This document shows positions 27,527 through 32,000 of a DNA stretch of 32,000 nt, one piece after another. Made by a program: the position numbers and the translations under genes. The notes beneath the pieces were generated by a model. It saw only the letters and a program-made list of their open reading frames with translations, had not been told where the DNA came from and searched no databases. Position 1 is the first letter of the stretch; each line of letters opens with the position of its first letter. Source of the DNA: Desulfotalea psychrophila LSv54 (lineage in GTDB: Bacteria; Desulfobacterota; Desulfobulbia; Desulfobulbales; Desulfocapsaceae); the NCBI RefSeq assembly GCF_000025945.1, contig NC_006138.1, positions 2,790,001 to 2,822,000 on the forward strand. The letters are read 5' to 3'.

Positions 27527-30500
27527 ATGAAGGATGTAGAGAGACGAGGACGGAGAAAGGTCTATGCCGCCAAGAGTGCCCTGGCGGGCCTGCTCGCCCT
27601 GAGCATGGGAACAACGAACGTCTGGGCAGGAGTTACCATCGGAGAGGGAGGATCGGGATACTGGAACAATCCATATTTCTATGCCCTCGCCAACGGCGAG
27701 ACGGCGACAAATACGACTCCAATCAAACATGGCGAGTCAACAGGCCCCATCATAGATAAACTGATGGCCGACAAGGGCTATCTCAGCGGGATAATGGTTG
27801 GGAGTGGCAGCCTCAACAATGAGGGAGAGATCCACCTCTACTTCAAGAATGAAACGGGGGATGTCCGCCTCTATGGCATTGAAGGCGACACCAGCCGGAA
27901 CGGGGCGGACATTGAGCTGAGGGCCGAGGTCGGCACGGCCACCTCCACCCCCGCTAAAGCCTCCGCCTTCGCCTACGGCATACAGGGTGAGGTGGGAAGC
28001 AATGAGGGCAAGATGATCATCAAAGTTGAGGGCGGCACGGCCAGCTCCGCCTCCACCTACGCCCACGCCTACGCCTACGCCTACGCCTACGCCTACGGCA
28101 TAAGGGGTGAGGTAGGAGACAATATTGGTCATATGACGATCAAGGCTGAGGGCGGCAAGGTCACCTCCAACGCTACCGGCACCGCCTACGCCACCGCCTA
28201 CGCCAAAGCCTACGGCATATGGGGTAATGTGACAAACAATAGTGGGGCGATGGAGATCAGAGCTCAGGGCAGCAAGGCCACCTCCAAGGCTACCGACAAC
28301 GCCTTCGCAGACACCAGCGCCGTCGCCTACGCCATACGGGGTACGGTGGGAAGCAATGAGGGCAAGATGAGCATCACCGCTCAGGGCGGTGAGGACGAAG
28401 CCACCAGCACCGCCCAGGCCTACGCCCAGGCCTACGACCAGGCCTACGGTATATGGAGTGGAGTAAAAAGCAATATTGGGAAGATGGGAATCAAGGCTCA
28501 GGGCGGCACGGCCACCTCCAACGCTACCAACATCGCCTACGCCTACACCCCCGCCTCTGCCTACGGCATAAAGGGTGGGGTGGGAAACAATAGTGGGGAG
28601 ATGGAGATCAGTGCTCAAGGCGGCACGGCCACCTCCACCACCGTCACCGCCAAAGCCAAATCCTTCGCCCACGCCTACGCCAAGACCTACGGCATAGAGG
28701 GTGAGGTAGGAGACAATAGGGGAAAGATGGAGATCGGGGCTGAGGGAGGCACGGCCTCCGCCTACTCCTGGACCGACGCCGAAGCCAACGCCATCGTCTC
28801 CGCCCACGGCATAGAGGGCAAGGTGGGAAAAAATAGTGGGGAGATGAAGATCAGGGCTCAAGGTGGCAGGGCCACCGCCGAAGCCACCGTTAAAGCCTTG
28901 GCCACAGCCAGCGCCGACGCCTTGGGCATAAGGGGTCAGGTTGGGAAAAATAGTAAGGAGATGAAGGTCAAGGCCACGGGCGGCACCGCCAAGACCACCA
29001 CCAATGCCACCACCGCTAGTGCCTCCGCCAACGCCTACGCCCGCGCCTCTGCTTCCGCCCACGGCATATTTGGTGGGATGGGAGGCAATAGTGGTAATAT
29101 GACCATCAGATCCCTGGGCGGCAAGGCCACCGCCTACGATACCGCCTTCGCCAACGCCATGGTCGACGCCATCGCCTACGGCATACGAGGGCAGGTGAGA
29201 AGCAATGAGGGCAAGATGGAGATCGAAACCCAGGGCGGCACCGCCGAGGCCACCGCCGCCAAAGCCACAACCTCTGCCAACGCTTGGGCCTACGGCATAG
29301 AGGGTGAGGTGGGAGACAATGATGGCAAGCTGGAGATCAGAGCTCAGAGCGGTGAGGCCAACGCCAACGCTACTGGCACCGGCACCGCCGACGCCTGGGC
29401 CGACGCCTACGGCATAAGGGGTACAGTGGGAAGCAATGGCGGCAAGATGACTATCACTGCTCAGAGTGACACCGCCACCGCCACTACCGCTGCCAAAGCC
29501 AAAACCTCCGCCTACGCCCAGGCCTACGGCATAGAGGGCAGGATAGGAGACAATATTGGTCATATGGTGATCAAGGCTCAGGGCGGCAAGGCCACCTCCA
29601 AGACTACCGGCACCGCCTGGGCCTGGGCCTGGGCCGACGCCTATGGCATAGATGGTGGGGTGGGAAGCAATGAGGGTAAGATGACCATCAGGGCTCAGGG
29701 CGGTGAGGCCGAAGCCACCGCCGCCGACGCCAATGCCTACACCATCGCCGCCGCCCACGGCATAGAGGGCAAAGTGGAAAAAAATAGTGGGGAGATGGAG
29801 ATCAGGGCTCAGGGTGGCACCACCAACGCCACCACCACCACCAACGCCAAAGCCTCCGCCGACGCCAGCGCCCGGGCCTTCGGCATAGAGGGTCAGGTGG
29901 GAAGCAATGAGGGCAATATGAACATCGGGGCTCAGGGCGGTGAGGCCGAAGCCACTGCTGCTGAAACCACCGCCTACGGCAACGCCGACGCCCGGGCCAA
30001 GGCCTACGCCACCGCCTCCGCCTACGGCATAATTGGTGGGGTGGGAAGCAATGAGGGCAAGATGACCATCACGGCCACAGGCGGCAAGGCCAACGGTCAC
30101 AGCTACATCTCCTCCTACGCCTTCGCCTCCGGCATAGAGGGTGATGTGGGAAAAAATAGTGGGGAAATGGAGATCAGGGCTGAGGGCGGCACGGCCACCA
30201 CCACCGGCACCGGCACCACCAAGGCCTATGCAAGGGCCATTGGCATAGGCAGCTCTGCTGATCTCTACAATGAGGGGCAGCTAGAGGTGATGGCCCGGGC
30301 GGGACGATATTCCACCGATGGCGGAACAACGTATCAGAGTGATTCTGCCAGGGCCGTGGGTATTTCTTTTTCAGGGGAGGCAGAACTTGACTCCCGTGCT
30401 CTTATTTCAGTGAGCGCCCTGCCGGCACAGGATGAGGCGGGTAAGGCAATAGCCTTAGGCACTGGCAAGACTCTCCACGCCTATCAAGTCTATAGCGGGG

Positions 30501-31831
30501 AAGACTTAAGCATAAAGGGCTATGCCATGAAGTTTAATAATCAGGCGCAGGTTACTGCTGATTATAAGGGAACTATTGGCGTTGCCGAGGGCAAAAGAGT
30601 CACCTTTGCCCCCGATGCACAAGTCTATGCCTTCACCGATAATGATTTTGGCAAGGTGCCCAATTACAGCATACCTATGTTGGTTGAGGGGGAGACTCGC
30701 AGATATAATCAATTCTCCGCGGCCCAGCTTGTCGTCAGTAGCCCGGACTATAGTATATCTTTGCTTGACAGTAATGGCGGAACACTTCAAAGGCTGGCCA
30801 TAAAGTATACTCCCGAGGTTTCCACTCCTCTGGTCTCAGCACAGGTCAATCAAAAGATGCTGGCCAGTGGCACCACCATTGTAACGAACAACTCTTTATC
30901 GCCTATGCTTGCCATGATGGACAGGAGCAATCCTCAAACTTCGGCCTACGACGGTGTTCTTCTTGCCAGCACATCACCTGTCCTGGCTGTCCCTGATATG
31001 GAGATTTTACCCCAAAAAAGGGGCTGGGCCTTTGCCATGCCCTATTATAGTAATGTGAGTAACAATGCCTCGCCCATGGGCTATGATGCCGATATTTATG
31101 GGGCCACGGCTGGATATAACCACTGGATAGACTCTGATCTCATCCTTGGTTTTCATGCTGGTTATGGTTCCGGTGATATTAATTATACGGGCAAGGGCTA
31201 TGAGCAGAAGAAGGAGAATCTTAAGGCTGGATCCCTCGGGGTGCAAAGCCTGTATCGTTTTGCTGATGACTGGTTGTTACAGAGCATAGCCTCCTTTTAT
31301 TATAGCAGTAACGATTATAGCGATAATAACCCGCTCAACCGGGAGCAGGGCGACTACCATGGCTACGGGGTGAATGCCAATCTTGACCTTGACTATGTCT
31401 TTAGTTTTACCAATAATCGTCTGGTACCCAGTGTAGGCCTGCGCTATCTCTGGCAGCACGTCGATAGCTATACCGCTTATAATCTGGACAACGCCGACAT
31501 TCACTACGGTGATATGGATGAAAATCAGCTCTATGCCAACCTGGGTCTTGATTGGTACGGTGATTACCAAACGGAATCAAATTGGCAGATAGTGCCCAGT
31601 CTCGGCCTGGGCATCGAGCAGGCCCTCACCGATAACAAATTTGGCAACAGCATGGGAGTGGGCAGTATCATCATTCCGGTGACAAACTCAATGGATAAGA
31701 CCTCTGTCTCCGCCCGGGCCTCCATTGAGTTTGTTAAGGATTCCTATGCGCTGAGCGCTGGATATGCTGGAGCCTATTCGAATGACACCAAGAACAGCTC
31801 CTTCTATCTGCAGATGAAGTATTTCTTTTAA
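27527..31831 (+). CDS. Autotransporter-like outer-membrane protein 3 (giant passenger)
   Basis: About 1434 aa from ATG 27527; same signal region; 19 canonical plus 1 divergent passenger units; barrel near-identical to genes 1 and 2, ending YLQMKYFF. Confidence 0.87.
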   Translation: MKDVERRGRRKVYAAKSALAGLLALSMGTTNVWAGVTIGEGGSGYWNNPYFYALANGETATNTTPIKHGESTGPIIDKLMADKGYLSGIMVGSGSLNNEGEIHLYFKNETGDVRLYGIEGDTSRNGADIELRAEVGTATSTPAKASAFAYGIQGEVGSNEGKMIIKVEGGTASSASTYAHAYAYAYAYAYGIRGEVGDNIGHMTIKAEGGKVTSNATGTAYATAYAKAYGIWGNVTNNSGAMEIRAQGSKATSKATDNAFADTSAVAYAIRGTVGSNEGKMSITAQGGEDEATSTAQAYAQAYDQAYGIWSGVKSNIGKMGIKAQGGTATSNATNIAYAYTPASAYGIKGGVGNNSGEMEISAQGGTATSTTVTAKAKSFAHAYAKTYGIEGEVGDNRGKMEIGAEGGTASAYSWTDAEANAIVSAHGIEGKVGKNSGEMKIRAQGGRATAEATVKALATASADALGIRGQVGKNSKEMKVKATGGTAKTTTNATTASASANAYARASASAHGIFGGMGGNSGNMTIRSLGGKATAYDTAFANAMVDAIAYGIRGQVRSNEGKMEIETQGGTAEATAAKATTSANAWAYGIEGEVGDNDGKLEIRAQSGEANANATGTGTADAWADAYGIRGTVGSNGGKMTITAQSDTATATTAAKAKTSAYAQAYGIEGRIGDNIGHMVIKAQGGKATSKTTGTAWAWAWADAYGIDGGVGSNEGKMTIRAQGGEAEATAADANAYTIAAAHGIEGKVEKNSGEMEIRAQGGTTNATTTTNAKASADASARAFGIEGQVGSNEGNMNIGAQGGEAEATAAETTAYGNADARAKAYATASAYGIIGGVGSNEGKMTITATGGKANGHSYISSYAFASGIEGDVGKNSGEMEIRAEGGTATTTGTGTTKAYARAIGIGSSADLYNEGQLEVMARAGRYSTDGGTTYQSDSARAVGISFSGEAELDSRALISVSALPAQDEAGKAIALGTGKTLHAYQVYSGEDLSIKGYAMKFNNQAQVTADYKGTIGVAEGKRVTFAPDAQVYAFTDNDFGKVPNYSIPMLVEGETRRYNQFSAAQLVVSSPDYSISLLDSNGGTLQRLAIKYTPEVSTPLVSAQVNQKMLASGTTIVTNNSLSPMLAMMDRSNPQTSAYDGVLLASTSPVLAVPDMEILPQKRGWAFAMPYYSNVSNNASPMGYDADIYGATAGYNHWIDSDLILGFHAGYGSGDINYTGKGYEQKKENLKAGSLGVQSLYRFADDWLLQSIASFYYSSNDYSDNNPLNREQGDYHGYGVNANLDLDYVFSFTNNRLVPSVGLRYLWQHVDSYTAYNLDNADIHYGDMDENQLYANLGLDWYGDYQTESNWQIVPSLGLGIEQALTDNKFGNSMGVGSIIIPVTNSMDKTSVSARASIEFVKDSYALSAGYAGAYSNDTKNSSFYLQMKYFF
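27965..30305 (+). repeat. Passenger repeat array in gene 3 (19 canonical plus 1 divergent unit)
   Basis: GIQGEVGSNEGKM, GIRGEVGDNIGHM, GIWGNVTNNSGAM, AIRGTVGSNEGKM ... GIIGGVGSNEGKM, GIEGDVGKNSGEM, then IGSSADLYNEGQL. Counted in the supplied translation. Confidence 0.92.
28067..28096 (+). repeat. GCCTAC hexanucleotide microsatellite x5
   Basis: gcccac followed by gcctac x5 encodes AH(AY)5 in a passenger linker. Confidence 0.9.
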
Positions 31832-31857
31832 AAAGGGCCAGCTTAAGGATTGGTTGC

Positions 31858-31886
31858 TCCGGTGATTATCAGACGAAATCACCGGA
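31858..31886. terminator. Hairpin between convergent genes
   Basis: tccggtgat (31858-31866) / atcaccgga (31878-31886), 9-bp perfect stem between autotransporter 3 and the minus-strand gene. Confidence 0.6.
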
Positions 31887-31893
31887 AGCGCTT

Positions 31894-32000
31894 CTACTTA
31901 AGCTTGAGCAGACTCGGTTCATAGTCTGTAGGTGGATTAAAGCCCAGAAGCAGACAGAGGGTGGCCGCCACATTGGCAAGGCCTCGCTCTGCCAGATCGG
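31894..32000 (-). CDS. C-terminus of 2,3-bisphosphoglycerate-independent phosphoglycerate mutase-like protein (partial)
   Basis: Minus-strand translation from the window edge: PDLAERGLANVAATLCLLLGFNPPTDYEPSLLKLK*; the GLANVA.T...LLG...P.DYEPSL ending is typical. Only about 35 codons are visible. Confidence 0.65.
   Translation of the reverse strand, partial: DLAERGLANVAATLCLLLGFNPPTDYEPSLLKLK

Noticed and set aside
27737-30100. 787-aa minus-strand ORF (and similar long antisense ORFs at 21737-24994, 25070-26248 and 30506-31882), Gly/Val-rich
   Set aside because: Antisense shadow of the Ala/Thr-rich repeat array: GCC/ACC codons read in reverse give GG(C/T) and AG/GT-rich codons, making stops rare. 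The sense strand has signal peptide, repeats and barrel, so the antisense is not credible as a gene.
22195-30305. Passenger repeats as a CRISPR-like or noncoding satellite array
   Set aside because: Units are variable in length, in-frame, and preserve a protein motif with synonymous variation; there are no fixed direct repeats with unique equal-length spacers.

Overview
The window has three parts. (1) About 1-16.26 kb is a carbohydrate-related accessory region with many decayed fragments. It holds the C-terminally truncated (window edge) GH1 beta-glycosidase, a Tat-type metallophosphoesterase broken by frameshifts, and a mannoside-type cluster: GT4 with a long C-terminal extension, GH130, GT4, class I (DhnA-type) aldolase, ManA and a second GH130. 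It also contains remnants of an IPT/TIG-domain gene, manC, a GT4 gene, a GH130 gene, two IS481-family transposases in opposite orientation flanking the cluster, and an internally deleted IS630-family transposase next to mutY. Most of these remnants are absent from the supplied ORF track because they are frameshifted. (2) About 16.26-21.5 kb looks like ordinary backbone: mutY, azlD/azlC, a KdnB-like Fe-dependent alcohol dehydrogenase, an endonuclease/exonuclease/phosphatase family protein and a HAD phosphatase. (3) About 21.5-31.85 kb is a head-to-tail array of three giant autotransporter-like genes. They share a duplicated ~200-nt leader, the same signal region and a near-identical beta-barrel, but carry very different numbers of a GIxGxVGxNxGxM passenger repeat (about 10, 2 and 20). 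A phosphoglycerate mutase C-terminus enters from the right edge. The best novelty candidates are the copy-number-variable autotransporter array with its conserved leader, and the IS481-flanked GT4/GH130 mannoside island with its decayed second copy. No CRISPR array or convincing RNA gene was seen. All similarity judgements are by eye and from family knowledge; no search was run.
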